Positions 35,132 through 50,173 of a stretch of 64,000 nt of DNA are shown piece after piece. The notes under the pieces were generated by a model that was given only the letters and a program-made list of their open reading frames with translations, ran no database searches and was not told where the DNA came from. The translations under genes and the position numbers were made by a program. Positions within the stretch are counted from its first letter, which is position 1, and every line of letters begins with the position of its first letter. Source of the stretch: an uncultured Planctomycetaceae bacterium (GTDB taxonomy: Bacteria > Planctomycetota > Planctomycetia > Planctomycetales > Planctomycetaceae); NCBI GenBank assembly GCA_963815195.1, contig CAWFGE010000017.1:288001-352000 (forward strand), in the 5' to 3' direction.

Positions 35132-35323
35132 CCCCACCGGCCGACCGATTCCACAAAGACACGAAATCGCCCCGTAGGTTTCGTGTCTCTTTGTTTGCCC
35201 GGAGCAGAATCCGGCGTCCCGCAAATCCTCAATCCTCCGGCGACACGGGTTGATTTCCCGCTGGGATTCGGAAAGAATACCCCCAGGAGACCGTTTGCAA
35301 CCCTCCGCGCAAGGAGAACCCGC

Positions 35324-36127
35324 ATGTCTCGCGCGCCGCTTCATGGGGCCGCCCTTTTCCTTTTGGGCTTCGCGTGCCTTCTGCCGAACGCCTCGTTCGG
35401 GCAGATGATCTCGACCGGAGTTCCCCTCGTGGGGGCGCGGCACAGCTTCTTTGAGAACATCGGCATCAATTCCGGTTTTAGCGTCGGCGGTTTTTCTTCG
35501 CCTTTCAATCGGTATCCTGCCGTTCCGCAGTTCGGCGGGTTCACCCCGGGAGCGGGGCTGAACGGCGGGTTCGGGATTCACTCCGGACACTTCGGGGCCC
35601 ACCTGGGTTTTAATTTCGCTCAAGGCTCGAGCCGCTCGATCGTAAGCAACACCCCCATTGTCACCGGCTACAGCGGCTTCCCGATGTTGTTCCAAAACAG
35701 CGTGCAGCGGCCGTTTGTCACCGGCGTGTTTCCCGTCGTCGGCAACGGCGCGGTTCTCCCCAATCTGGGAGCCGCCAACACGATTCCCGGCCGATTGATG
35801 CGCGGGGAGTTCCGCATGGTCAACCACAAGGTGGTCCCCGCGGGCGGATTCAAACCCAAGCCCCAACCGGCGGGCACGACGCAGGTCGCCGAGCGCCGGC
35901 CGCTTGTCGACCAGGCCCCGCCCACGCGGGCCGAACGCGAAGCCGCCGCCCAGGCCGAGCAAACCGAGAAGCAACTGGCCATCCAGGAATTCCTGCGGAA
36001 AGGCCGGGAAGCCGAAGCCGAGGGCAAACGCAGCGTGGCCCGGTTGTATTTTCAAATGGCTGCCCGCCGGGCCGAGGGCGATCTCAAAAGCGAAGCCCTG
36101 GCGTCGCTCGAGCGAGTGAGGAATTAG
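35324..36127 (+). CDS. Exported hypothetical protein, Gly/Phe-rich with C-terminal TPR-like helices
   Basis: RBS AAGGAG, signal peptide, QRPFVTGVFPVVG, FLRKGREAEAEGKRSVARLYFQMAARR. Confidence 0.7.
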   Translation: MSRAPLHGAALFLLGFACLLPNASFGQMISTGVPLVGARHSFFENIGINSGFSVGGFSSPFNRYPAVPQFGGFTPGAGLNGGFGIHSGHFGAHLGFNFAQGSSRSIVSNTPIVTGYSGFPMLFQNSVQRPFVTGVFPVVGNGAVLPNLGAANTIPGRLMRGEFRMVNHKVVPAGGFKPKPQPAGTTQVAERRPLVDQAPPTRAEREAAAQAEQTEKQLAIQEFLRKGREAEAEGKRSVARLYFQMAARRAEGDLKSEALASLERVRN

Positions 36128-36418
36128 TGCCGGCAACCGCTCTGACCGAAGACCGATTTCCCAGGCCCTGGGTTTCCACCACGGGGCGGCGACCGAAATG
36201 TGGCATCGGAGCATCGCCGCCGGAAAGCCAAACCCCGGAGCCGGCTTGCTCCTTCCAATTTCGCAAAAAGGCGCCGTTTGGCACCCGATATGCATAGAGG
36301 CCGCTGGAGGGATTTCTGGGCAGCGACGGATTGATTTTCAACCACCCAGACACGAAGAATACACTTCGCCGTGACCTCCGCGGAAAACCTGCCGGCATTT
36401 CCCGAGAACTGAAGATTG

Positions 36419-37406
36419 ATGGACGACGAAACCGTCAGAAACTTGAACGATCCCGCCGAGGAGACGCTCATCGGCCCTGGCGACGATGCGTATGCCGACG
36501 AATCGTCCGAAGCCGACGAGGAAACCCCAGCGAAATCACGTTCGGGGATTGTGGCGCTGTCCATGTTCGCCGCCACGGTATTGAGCACGTTCTGGGTGGG
36601 GATGGTGGCCGGGGCCGGGGCGATTTCGCCCAAGTTCTTTTTTCAGCTTCCCGTCGAAGCGCAGCTTGTGTTGGCCCAGAACGGGCTGATCTATTCCGGG
36701 GCCCTGTTGTTGATTTTGGGCTTTCACGAAATGGGGCATTACCTGCAAGCCTGGCGGTACGGCGTGCGGGCTTCGTTTCCCTTCTTCATTCCCATGCCGA
36801 TTTCGCCCTTCGGCACAATGGGCGCCGTGATCATCCAAGGCGAGCACGCCGGCAACCGCAAAACGCTGTTCGACATCGCCATCTCCGGCCCGCTCGCCGG
36901 ACTCGTCGTGGCGCTCCCCGTGCTCTATTGGGGCTTGTCCCAAACCACGAGCGCCTCCGCTCCCGCACAATCACAACGGCATCATCTACGGCGACCCCAT
37001 TATTTTGCGCTGGATGTTTGAAACGATCCACGGCCCGCTGCCCGCCGGCGAGGAAATCCAGTTGACGCCCCTCGTGTTCGCGGGCTGGGTCGGCGTGTTT
37101 ATCACGTCGCTCAACCTGATCCCCGTCGGCCAACTCGACGGCGGCCACATTCTCTACGCCCTCGTCCGCAAGAAAGCCTATCCCGTCGCCATCGGCTGCC
37201 TGGCTCTGGCGATTGGATACATGCTCTTCACCCAACAGCAAACCTACGCGCTCCTGGTGGGTCTGTTATTTCTGATGGGCCCCTTCCACCCGCACACCGG
37301 CAACGATGAGACCCCGCTCGGCTGGCCGCGAATTATCCTGGGCTGGCTGACGCTCGCGTTCATCATCGTGGGCTTCACCCCGAACCCGATCACCGTCCCC
37401 GGCTAA
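36419..37406 (+). CDS. Site-2 protease family (M50) intramembrane metalloprotease; apparent frameshift near 36975
   Basis: HEMGH, PFFIP, GTMGAVI, FDIAISGPLAG; second frame NLIPVGQLDGGH. Confidence 0.92.
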
Positions 37407-37550
37407 GGCGGCTGAACGCTGCCGCCCGAAAACCAACCGCGACGGAACGGCTATTTCGCCCGGCCAATCGTTCCCGCGGGTTTGGGGACTGTGGTATGAT
37501 CGCAGTACTGTTTTCCGATCCCCAGCGACCAATCACAGGATTGACTTTCC

Positions 37551-38333
37551 ATGGCGCATTTTCAACCGTCGGCCGCCCAGATCGAGGCGTTTCAGCGGGA
37601 TGGGTTTTTCATCGCGGAGGGGCTCTTGAATGCCGAGGAGGTTTCGCTTCTGGGACAGATCGCCCGCGCGGACAAGGACATGACCGAGCAGCGCGCCAGC
37701 CGGGCCGACGGCGAAGGCGGGGCGGTGGAACTCGTCGTGCGGAACGAACTCCCCGCTGGCAGCATTTACGGAGCGATCGTGCGGAGCGAACGCATCGTCC
37801 GCACGATGGAAACTCTTCTGGGCGATGAGGTGTACCATTATCATCACAAGATGATCTGCAAGGAGCCTAAGGTGGGCGGGGCTTGGGCTTGGCATCAGGA
37901 TTATGGCTACTGGTACAACAACGGCTGTCTGTTTCCGCACCTGGCAAGCTCGATGATCGCCGTCGATCGGGCCACCCGGGAAAACGGCTGCCTGCAGGTG
38001 CTGAAAGGATCCCATCACATCGGGCGAATCGATCACGGGCCGGTGGGCGATCAAACCGGAGCCGACCCCGAACGCGTCGGGGTCGCCTGCGAGCGATTGG
38101 AGCGGGTCTATGTGGAACTGGAGCCGGGCTCGGCGGTGTTCTTCCACTCGAACCTCCTGCACCGCAGCGATCAGAACAAAAGCGACCACCCCCGCTGGGC
38201 GTTTATCTGCTGCTATAACACCAAGAAGAACAACCCCTACAAAGAAAGCCGGCATCCCCGCTATTCGCCCCTAGAAGTCTGGGACGACGCCCGCATCCTG
38301 GAAATCGGCCGCCAGCAACCGTCCCTGCATTAG
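37551..38333 (+). CDS. Phytanoyl-CoA dioxygenase (PhyH) family Fe(II)/2-oxoglutarate enzyme
   Basis: WHQDYGYW, ENGCLQVLKGSH, FHSNLLHRS..N.S..R. Confidence 0.92.
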   Translation: MAHFQPSAAQIEAFQRDGFFIAEGLLNAEEVSLLGQIARADKDMTEQRASRADGEGGAVELVVRNELPAGSIYGAIVRSERIVRTMETLLGDEVYHYHHKMICKEPKVGGAWAWHQDYGYWYNNGCLFPHLASSMIAVDRATRENGCLQVLKGSHHIGRIDHGPVGDQTGADPERVGVACERLERVYVELEPGSAVFFHSNLLHRSDQNKSDHPRWAFICCYNTKKNNPYKESRHPRYSPLEVWDDARILEIGRQQPSLH

Positions 38334-38362
38334 CCGACGAGACGCCTGCACCAAAAGAATTT

Positions 38363-38579
38363 AGGGCCGAAGGCCCGGCTCTATGTCAGCCCAGGGCCAG
38401 CGCAGCGCCGCCCTGGGTTACTGATGATGAATGAAACGAAAGCCCCAAGGGGGCGGCCCTATGTGGCTTGTGATTTTTCGCTTCGTTAAACGGAATTGGG
38501 TTTAGGACCGCCCCGTTGGGGCTTTTGCATTTTGTTTGTTCCCGTTCCCGGGCTGACACAGAGCCGGACCTTCGGTCCT
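38363..38579. repeat. Nested inverted-repeat element (MITE/REPIN-like), about 217 bp
   Basis: 30-bp terminal inverted repeats with 3 mismatches; inner pair aaagccccaagggggcggccct / aggaccgccccgttggggcttt. Confidence 0.75.
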
Positions 38580-38633
38580 TTTTCCGTAATTTGGAACTGC
38601 TGAATTTCTGATAACCATGACGAAGAATCCGCA

Positions 38634-38771
38634 GGGTGGCCCAGGTTGCTTGCAACCTGGGTCGCGCAGCGACAAGAGGTCATCATCGGCAGCGAAAGGA
38701 TACAATAGAAGTCTGCTTGGGAACCAACCTCTTGGCCTTCGGCCCCAGGTTGCAAGCAACCTGGGCCACCC
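38634..38771. repeat. Inverted pair of REP-like palindromes
   Basis: gggtggcccaggttgcttgcaacctggg ... cccaggttgcaagcaacctgggccaccc. Confidence 0.85.
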
Positions 38772-39042
38772 CGCGATTGTCGCTTGGCGATACCACACGA
38801 CGGAAGCGAGGGCAAAGTCCCATGACGGAATTTCTCGATCGATTTCGGCCGGACCCGGATCCCGATATGGCATCCGTTCGCCGCGTGTGGATGGCGGATA
38901 AGCCGCTTCTTCGCGGTGCCGTGGTCACTTACGCACCGCCCTATCCGGAGTACCAGGAGTTAGCGTTGGAATCCGACGAGGAACCATCGAGTGATCCGAG
39001 TTGCCCGTCGGAACGCGGATGCGCGCGTTCGTCCGCACAGAG

Positions 39043-39561
39043 CTACGAGAAGCTGATTTTCAGCCCCATGTCTTTCATTTCCAACAAGGCCTCGGCATTG
39101 CCCCGCGCATCATCGACTGGATGGTGCGTGTGCTTGGTCTTTCGGAGATGCTTGAAATTGACGAACGTATCTTTCTGCAGGCCCTTGTAGAGCGATCCGA
39201 GATTCGTGGAACTGAAGCCGAACGGGTTCTTGCCGAGGAAGTGGTGAAAGTACCAGTTGATGAATTGCCAATCGAAGCCGTTGTTGTCCGAGACGAACAT
39301 CATTCGCCCCTTGCAGTGGGACGCCAGCCATTTCTGGAACTCGTCCATCACCTGCTTCGGGTCGTCGAACTCGAGGCATTCTTCGCGTGTGAACCCGCTG
39401 ACCGCGAGAGCCTCGGGGATGTATTGATCCGAAATGGGTTTGAGCTTTCCGTAAAACGTGCGATTCAGTTCGGGTTCGACGATCACTGCACCGAAGCAGA
39501 CCATCGAATAGTCTCCCGGAATCGGACCATCCGCTTCAATATCAACCATGACGTAGGGCAT
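39043..39561 (-). CDS. DEDDh 3'-5' exoribonuclease-like protein
   Basis: VDIEADGPIPG, DNNGFDWQF, HTHHPVDDA. Confidence 0.85.
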   Translation of the reverse strand: MPYVMVDIEADGPIPGDYSMVCFGAVIVEPELNRTFYGKLKPISDQYIPEALAVSGFTREECLEFDDPKQVMDEFQKWLASHCKGRMMFVSDNNGFDWQFINWYFHHFLGKNPFGFSSTNLGSLYKGLQKDTFVNFKHLRKTKHTHHPVDDARGNAEALLEMKDMGLKISFS

Positions 39562-39599
39562 CGCATGAAGTTCCTTTGTGACGGGAATGCGTCAGCCGA

Positions 39600-41682
<2,083 letters not shown>

Positions 41683-41721
41683 CCAAACCACTCCTTAACG
41701 CAAAACGCTGCAATCAGAAAA

Positions 41722-41854
41722 GGGAAACCACGAATCACACGAATGTTTTTGAGGATTGAATTGGATCATTTTTGATCGCGGCAGATCCGTAAATGTAAGA
41801 AGGCAGCTTTATGGGTCGCTTTTATTCGTGTCATTCGTGTGATTCGTGGTTCCC
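41722..41854. repeat. Inverted repeat pair built from 9-bp cacgaat-type units
   Basis: aaccacgaatcacacgaatg ... cattcgtgtgattcgtggtt. Confidence 0.8.
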
Positions 41855-41899
41855 TCCTCATACCATTCTATGGAGTGAGGCGAAAAGGTCCATTGGCCC

Positions 41900-42487
41900 T
41901 TACGCGGAGCGGGGGCGGAAGACGTCGATGCGGCGGCGGTCGAAGTGGGCGACGAGGGCCGGGGTGCCTTTGGCGCGTTGCAGGCCGACTTCCTCGGCGG
42001 TGAGCGGAATCAGGTTGAGAATCCGCAACGGGCCGTTCGCGGTGGGCAATGTGTCCGCCGGGTCGCCGGGGAGGGCCGAGTGAAACAGGACCGCATCGGA
42101 GCCGGGGAAACCGGGCGGGCTGGATTGGAGCTTGAGCGAATGTCCCCAATCGAACGCGGTGTGATGCACGAACGGATGAACCGCCAGGTTCGCGAGGAAC
42201 CGCACGGCCTGTGATAATTCGTCCGGCGGAACCGGCCCGCGTTTGCGGTAACAGAGTTCCGCGCGGTGCATCGCTCCCAGCATGCTCCGCGAGGACATCC
42301 CCGCGGTCGCAAACCGCGAGAGGCCGTGCTCCTCCTCGGCGGGCCAATACAAAATGCACAGCCGTTCGAGCTGCGGCTGCCGGCCCGGTTTGACCTGGGA
42401 GGCGTCGAACTGGAAGACCTCGGCCGGCTCGCCCCACCACTCGCGAAACGTGCGGTCCGCTAAGGCGATCGGGGACTCCGCGTTCAT
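41900..42487 (-). CDS. Suppressor-of-fused (SUFU) domain protein
   Basis: FATAGMS, RAELC, FDWGHS, LNLIPLTAEEV...KG...L. Confidence 0.75.
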   Translation of the reverse strand: MNAESPIALADRTFREWWGEPAEVFQFDASQVKPGRQPQLERLCILYWPAEEEHGLSRFATAGMSSRSMLGAMHRAELCYRKRGPVPPDELSQAVRFLANLAVHPFVHHTAFDWGHSLKLQSSPPGFPGSDAVLFHSALPGDPADTLPTANGPLRILNLIPLTAEEVGLQRAKGTPALVAHFDRRRIDVFRPRSA

Positions 42488-43161
42488 GGGCTGCTGACTC
42501 CCAGGAGCGTTTCTTCGGAAGCGAGCCTCCAGTGGCCGTCCGGCTGACGCTTTGTGACGAGGCCGTATTCGGAGAGACGAAACTCAACGATTTGCCAGCC
42601 CTCCGCGCCCCGGCGGGCGATGAAATCGGCCGACCCCGCGTACACGTCGCCCGCGCGGTAACTGACGCTGCCGTTGGCCGCGTCGCCGCGGGTGATGCAG
42701 GTGCACTTCGTGATGTATTCCGGCTGGATCAAGGAGACAATCCGCGAACCTTGCTTTCCCATCACGGCCCCGAACAACTCGCGAATGCGAGGTTCGTTGT
42801 CGGGGGTCAGATAATGAAACTCCCCCCGGATCTGGGGATTCTGATCTTGGGCGTAAGCGGGATCGATCGCCAACAACAGGGCCGTCAGCGATTGGTTTTT
42901 GATGTCCCGCACGCGAACGGGCGTGTGTTTGAGCAATTGGTCAAACTCGGAAAGCGACATCGACGCCGCCGCGGGAATGAGCGCCTTCGCCTCGTCCGAC
43001 GATAATTCCTGAGAGAAATCGTAAGGCTTTCCCGACTGATCCGGGCGCTCCGTGTGGGGGGGACGTTTGGATTTCGCCGCGGAGTTAGGCGGTTCTTCCG
43101 CGGGTTGGGCGCAGCCGGCCAAAAACAGCATCGGCAGCAGCCATTCGTAGGGGATTCGCAT
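42484..43161 (-). CDS. Hypothetical lipoprotein
   Basis: Lipobox LFLAG-C; stop overlaps SUFU start. Confidence 0.7.
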   Translation of the reverse strand: MRIPYEWLLPMLFLAGCAQPAEEPPNSAAKSKRPPHTERPDQSGKPYDFSQELSSDEAKALIPAAASMSLSEFDQLLKHTPVRVRDIKNQSLTALLLAIDPAYAQDQNPQIRGEFHYLTPDNEPRIRELFGAVMGKQGSRIVSLIQPEYITKCTCITRGDAANGSVSYRAGDVYAGSADFIARRGAEGWQIVEFRLSEYGLVTKRQPDGHWRLASEETLLGVSSP

Positions 43162-43273
43162 GAGGAGGGGGTGCTCAGTCAACCGGGACAACACAATCGC
43201 AAAACTCAATTGTACGCCACAGCCGCCCGAACGGAAACCACCAGGATGGAAGCCGCCATTTACCGATGCGGTG

Positions 43274-44622
43274 TTATCGCTCGCCGCTGGCGGGGATCAG
43301 GGCGGGGGTTTGGAACTGGAGGGTTTTCACCAGTTCCAAGTCGGCGTCGGCGAGTTTGTCTTTGAGGTCCGTTTCCACGGCGACGAAGAACAGCATTTGG
43401 CGGTCCTTGCCGGCGGCGAGGTAATAGTGCCAGGTCATGTCGATCTTTTGCGATTCGCCCTCGGCCACGATGCGGTGCAGATAAAAACCTGCTTCATCGG
43501 CGATGGTGTGCGAGCGGACGATCGATTTGAGCCGTTCGCCTAAACCCTTGCGGACCAGGTCGCGGAACGCCGTTTCGCTCATGGGCTCGCCGGTTTTGGA
43601 TTGTTTCAGCGGCGAGAGGTTCAATTGGGCGATCAGGTTGCCGGCTTTCACGTAGCGGAGCACCGTGAGTTCCGGCGTGCGCTGGAACACGTGCCAATCC
43701 CGGCCGACGGAAATGCTCGCGTTCCAGGGCAGTTTGAGGCTGAGCCGCAATTGCTCCGCTTTGGGTTCCAGCGGGATGTGTTCCGCGGCGGCTTTGGTCA
43801 GCCGGCCTTCGCCAATCGCGGGGGAGCGGTCGAGTTTGACCTTGGCGGTCACGTCCATTCCCGGCGAGACCGGACCGACGCCGCGCTTTTCGGTCTGCTC
43901 GAGTTCAACCGTGCGGAGATAGCGGCGTTTTGTATCGAACACAAAATGCCCCACCAGGCTGATCTCGGTGGTCGCGCCTTGGACGGCTCCTTCGAGACGA
44001 CCGGAGATCCGCACGCGGGCCAGGTCGTTCTTAACCGATTCCAGTTCGCAGGCGACGTTGTTTTTTAGGAGGGCCTCGGTGCCGGTCAGCATCTGCACGG
44101 CCCAGTTTTCCGGGGTCCATTTCTGGCCGAGTTCCACTTGGGTTTGAGGCAACAACCCCAAAGCCGCGAGACCATCGCCGGGCATTTGGAGAAGTTCCAG
44201 TTCGTTCCGCGAGAGCGGCAACTCCGGCTGATAGAACACGATCCCCTCGCGCCGGCCTTGGGCGACGATCACCTGGTGGGCTTTGGACAACTCGGAAAAG
44301 GTGCGGTTGCGGTTGACGGTGATCGAGGCCTCGGCTTTGTCATACTCGCGGAGCGAGCGCAGCGAAGCCGCGTCCCGGCCGGCCCCAGGCAATCGGCGTT
44401 CGCGGTAGTCGAAGGTGGCTTGGGCGGAGAGATCCAGATCGAGGGTTTTGTCCTTGGCCGCGGTCTTCAGTTTGCCATCCACGGCGACTTCGGCCCGGAC
44501 TTGAAACACGCGGCGCCGGCGGATTCTTCGAGCGCGTAGGTCTCGTCATCGGCGTGGATCGTTCGCGGAAGGACGATTAGAAGGACCATAAGTCCCAAGC
44601 ATTGACGCAATGGAAATCTCAT
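43274..44622 (-). CDS. Exported hypothetical protein; apparent frameshift near 44510
   Basis: RBS GGAGG and signal peptide MRFPLRQCLGLMVLLIVLPRTIHA in one frame; 411-aa body in ORF 43274..44509. Confidence 0.7.
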
Positions 44623-44834
44623 CACATTCCTCCGTGAAAGCTGTGTGATTCCATGACATAACGTGTGCCACGTGACGCACTGCCAAAGCCAGTGGACATA
44701 GCGGCAATGGGTGATCAACGCGACTCGCCACGCCCTTCGCAAAGCTCAGGGTCGTGCCACCGGTCGCGGTTGCTGTCTTTCCTGCCTTTTCCCTCTGTGG
44801 CCTCTGCTTCTTTGCGGCCTTTGCTCCTGTCTTC

Positions 44835-46741
<1,907 letters not shown>

Positions 46742-46742
<1 letters not shown>

Positions 46743-47701
46743 TAGTGGTCTCGCTCCAAGACAAAGTGGGCCAGCGCTTCCAGCGGCTGTCCGCGAGAAC
46801 CCAGCGGCGCGATCGCGTCGCAGGCCTGGCGGATGAGATGCTCGGCACGCTGCCGGCTCTCGTCAATTCCCAACAGGGAGGGATAGGTCAATTTCCCGTG
46901 GTCGGCATCCTTGTGCACGCCTTTTCCCATTTTGGCTTGATTGCCGGTGACATCCAAGAGATCATCCGCAATTTGGAAGGCCAATCCCACAGATTTTCCG
47001 TAGGTTTCCAACTGGTTTCGCGTCGCTTCGCCGGCCCCCGCAATGCGGGCTCCCATCACCAGGCCGCAGGTCAACAGCCGGCCGGTCTTGCGGCGGTGGA
47101 TGGCTTCCAACTGCTCGACCGTCGGACCGGCACTGTTCGTTTGGCGAGATTTCTCGGCCTCGAGATCGGCGACTTGACCGCCGACCATGCCGACGGCTCC
47201 CGCCGCGGACGCCAAATCCGCACAGCACGCCGCCGCGACTTCGGGGGGCTTGACATCCTTGGCGATGACCTCGAAGGCCAGCGTCAACAGCGCGTCTCCG
47301 GCCAGAATCGCCATCGCCTCGCCGAACTGTTTATGGCTGGTCGGCCGGCCCCGGCGGAGGTCGTCGTCGTCCATCGCCGGCAGATCGTCGTGAATGAGTG
47401 AGTAGGTATGCACCATTTCCAGGGCGCAGCCGGCGGGAATCGCGGCTTCCAGGCTTCCGCCGCAGGCTTCGCACGCGAGCAGCACGAGCAGAGGCCGGAG
47501 CCGTTTGCCCCCGGCGAGCAAGCTATAGGCCATCGCCTCGCGGAGTTCCGCGGGGCAATTTTGATCGACATAGGGATGGTCGGCGAGATAGCGGGCGAGT
47601 CGCTGTTCGATGACCTCGCGCCGAGCGCTCCAGGATTCATCGAGGGACAGCGAAATGTCGGGGATGTTTTGCACGAAAGGGCGCTCCTTCGCCAAAGCCA
47701 A
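46742..47701 (-). CDS. ispA: Farnesyl/geranylgeranyl diphosphate synthase
   Basis: GGKRLRP, HTYSLIHDDLPAMDDDDLRRG, FQIADDLLD; adjacent to dxs. Confidence 0.93.
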
Positions 47702-48158
47702 CCACTCACGAGGAGGGAATCATCTAGCGAGAATGAGTGGCCTCATCAATGAGGTGGTCGTTTGCGAATGGGGCAATTTCACAACGGGGATCGCTCTACT
47801 GCCCGGCATTCTAGCGAACCGGTGCATAAACGCAAAGTTAAACAAGGCCTTGGATTGGCGAATCTCAGAATTGCGGGGATCGCCACAGTGAACATATTTT
47901 CCCGGCCGCGAAACCGCGAAAATGGCTCCGAAGGACAAAACTGGCACGAACCGGAGGATCGGTCGAGTTGATATTCCTCACCCGGAATTCGCGAAACGAC
48001 GTGTTGCCGAATGAGAACGTTGCGCCCCACGCGAAAAAATAGGCGAAATTAGGTCAAAGGAGATCCACGAAAAGAGAGCTGGCCCATTGGTCGGGTCGGC
48101 TGGGCCAAGGGATGGTGACCCCGCAACAACACATACACCTTTAGGAGTAACCGATTCC

Positions 48159-48521
48159 ATGCAATGGATCAAAGTCAGCGCCGCGTTCCTGATTCTGTCC
48201 GCCGCCTCGCAAGCCCATGCCGGTCTGTTCGATTGCTTTAGGCATCACGAACCGACCTGCTGCGCCCCGGCGGCTGTCTGCTGCGACATGGCGCCGAGCT
48301 GCTGTGCCCCGGCTCCCCAATGCTGCCACACGGCCCCAACCTGCTGTGCCCCGGCTCCCTGCCACGTCGCCCCGACCTGCTGCGCTCCGGTCACCTGCTG
48401 CCCGGACGTGTGCTACGAAGAAGTTTACTGCTGCCCGCCCAAGAAGCGATGCTTCCTGGCCCGCCTCTGGGATTGCGAAATGCGGAAAAACCGCTGGATC
48501 GCGAACAAAATGGGCTGGTAA
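48159..48521 (+). CDS. Secreted Cys/Pro-rich protein with xCCxxAP repeats
   Basis: RBS AGGAG, signal peptide ending AHA-GLF, 21 Cys in about 99 mature residues. Confidence 0.85.
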   Translation: MQWIKVSAAFLILSAASQAHAGLFDCFRHHEPTCCAPAAVCCDMAPSCCAPAPQCCHTAPTCCAPAPCHVAPTCCAPVTCCPDVCYEEVYCCPPKKRCFLARLWDCEMRKNRWIANKMGW

Positions 48522-48564
48522 ACCCGCCTGATCCCGGCCATACCCTGGCCAAACCCAAAAAACC

Positions 48565-48604
48565 AACAGCCGAGATGCGTCCCCGCATCCCGGCTGTTTT
48601 TCTT
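48565..48604 (+). terminator. Intrinsic terminator between convergent genes
   Basis: aacagccgagatgcg-tccc-cgcatcccggctgtt followed by T-rich tract. Confidence 0.65.
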
Positions 48605-48631
48605 TGGGGGTGGCGATTGCCGAACTTTCCA

Positions 48632-50173
48632 TTATTTCGCGTATTTCACCGTGCGGGTTTCTCTTAACACGGTGACTTTGATTTCGCCCGGGTACGTCAG
48701 CGATTCTTCGATGGCTTTGGCGATGTCCCGGCACATCTTGGCGGCTTCGCGGTCGTTGACCTGCTTGGCGTCGGCGACCACCCGGATCTCCCGGCCGGCT
48801 TGCACGGCGAACGACTGCTCGACCCCCGGAAATCCATTGGCGAGGGCTTCCAATTCTTCGAGCCGGCGGATGTATTTTTCCAGCGTCTCCCGCCGGGCGC
48901 CGGGCCGGGCGGCGGAAATCGCATCGGCCGCCGCGACCAGGACGGTGTTAAGATAATCCACGCGGATGTCGTCGTGATGGCCCAAAGCGGCGTGCACGAC
49001 TTCCGGTCCTTCGCCGTAACGCTTTAGCAACTCCGCCCCGACCGCCGGGTGGCCGCCTTCCATTTCGTGGTCGGCGGCTTTGCCGATGTCGTGCAAAAAC
49101 CCGCACCGCCGGGCGAGAGTTTCATCCAAGCCCAACTGCTGGGCCAGCATTCCGGTGAGATGGGCGACTTCGATGGAATGCCGCCTCACGTTCTGGCTGT
49201 AGCTCACGCGGAAATTCAGCCGGCCCATCAGGTCGACGAGTTTTTCGTGAAGGCCCAACACCCCGGCTTCCTGGCAGGCTTCCTGGCCCAACTTCCGGAT
49301 GTGGATTTCCATTTCCTTTTGGGTTTCCGCCACGATTTCGTCGATGCGGGTGGGATGAATCCGCCCGTCTTGGATCAGCGACTGAAGCGCGAGCTTGGCG
49401 ACTTCCCGCCGCACGGTGTCGAACGCCGAGACAATCACCACGCCCGGAGTGTCGTCCACGATCACATCCACGCCGGTCGCTTTTTCAAAGGCTCGGATGT
49501 TCCGCCCTTCGCGGCCGATGATCCGGCCCTTCATGTCGTCGTTGGGAATGTCCACGGAGGACACGGTCGTCTCCGAGGTGTGGGCCGCGGCGTAGCGCTG
49601 CACGGCCATCCCGATCACCTCGCGGGCCTGGCGGTCGCATTCCTCTTTGATGCGGTTTTGATGCTCCAGAATCAGCCCGCCGGTCTCGTTCTTCAGTTCG
49701 CGGTCCAAACGCTCCAACAGCAGGTTGGTCGCGGTGGGCTTGTCCAGCCCGGTGATTTTGTAAAGCTGCTCCTGCTCTTCCTTGAGGATTCGCTCCAGTT
49801 CGTGCTCGCGGGCGTCCATGGCCTTGCCGCGTTCGGCGATCTGCGTTTGCCGCTGTTCCAGGAGCCGTTCCCGCTTGAGGTAATCCTGGTGCTGATCGTC
49901 GAGCATGGATTCGCGTTTGTCGAGCCGGCTTTCCTGCTTGCGGAGTTCATCCCGCGTGGCCTGGAATTCTTTTTCGACCTCCTTCCGGCGTTCGAGCATC
50001 TCCTTTTCGGCGGCGAGTTCTTGAGACGCGCGGATATTGTCGGCGTCTTTTTTGGCGTCCTCGACGATACGGTCGCGGGTCTGGTAGGCTTCGCCCCGCC
50101 TGAGCCGGTCAAAGAAAAAGCCCGCCGCTCCGCCGAGGAGGAAACCGATGATGGCCCCGATCAAATAATTCAT
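48632..50173 (-). CDS. rny: Ribonuclease Y
   Basis: N-terminal TM, coiled coil, KH motif [15 protein letters not shown] motif [26 protein letters not shown]. Confidence 0.98.
   Translation of the reverse strand: MNYLIGAIIGFLLGGAAGFFFDRLRRGEAYQTRDRIVEDAKKDADNIRASQELAAEKEMLERRKEVEKEFQATRDELRKQESRLDKRESMLDDQHQDYLKRERLLEQRQTQIAERGKAMDAREHELERILKEEQEQLYKITGLDKPTATNLLLERLDRELKNETGGLILEHQNRIKEECDRQAREVIGMAVQRYAAAHTSETTVSSVDIPNDDMKGRIIGREGRNIRAFEKATGVDVIVDDTPGVVIVSAFDTVRREVAKLALQSLIQDGRIHPTRIDEIVAETQKEMEIHIRKLGQEACQEAGVLGLHEKLVDLMGRLNFRVSYSQNVRRHSIEVAHLTGMLAQQLGLDETLARRCGFLHDIGKAADHEMEGGHPAVGAELLKRYGEGPEVVHAALGHHDDIRVDYLNTVLVAAADAISAARPGARRETLEKYIRRLEELEALANGFPGVEQSFAVQAGREIRVVADAKQVNDREAAKMCRDIAKAIEESLTYPGEIKVTVLRETRTVKYAK

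Noticed and set aside
33479..36295. 938-aa minus-strand ORF and similar long antisense ORFs (e.g. 20094..22037, 44754..46745, 49049..50749, 53261..54898)
   Set aside because: Shadow ORFs opposite well-supported genes in GC-rich DNA, with no recognisable motifs
38822..39040. Short ORF MTEFLDRFRPDP...
   Set aside because: Runs antisense into the exonuclease gene and has no recognisable family; possibly a fragment, but unsupported
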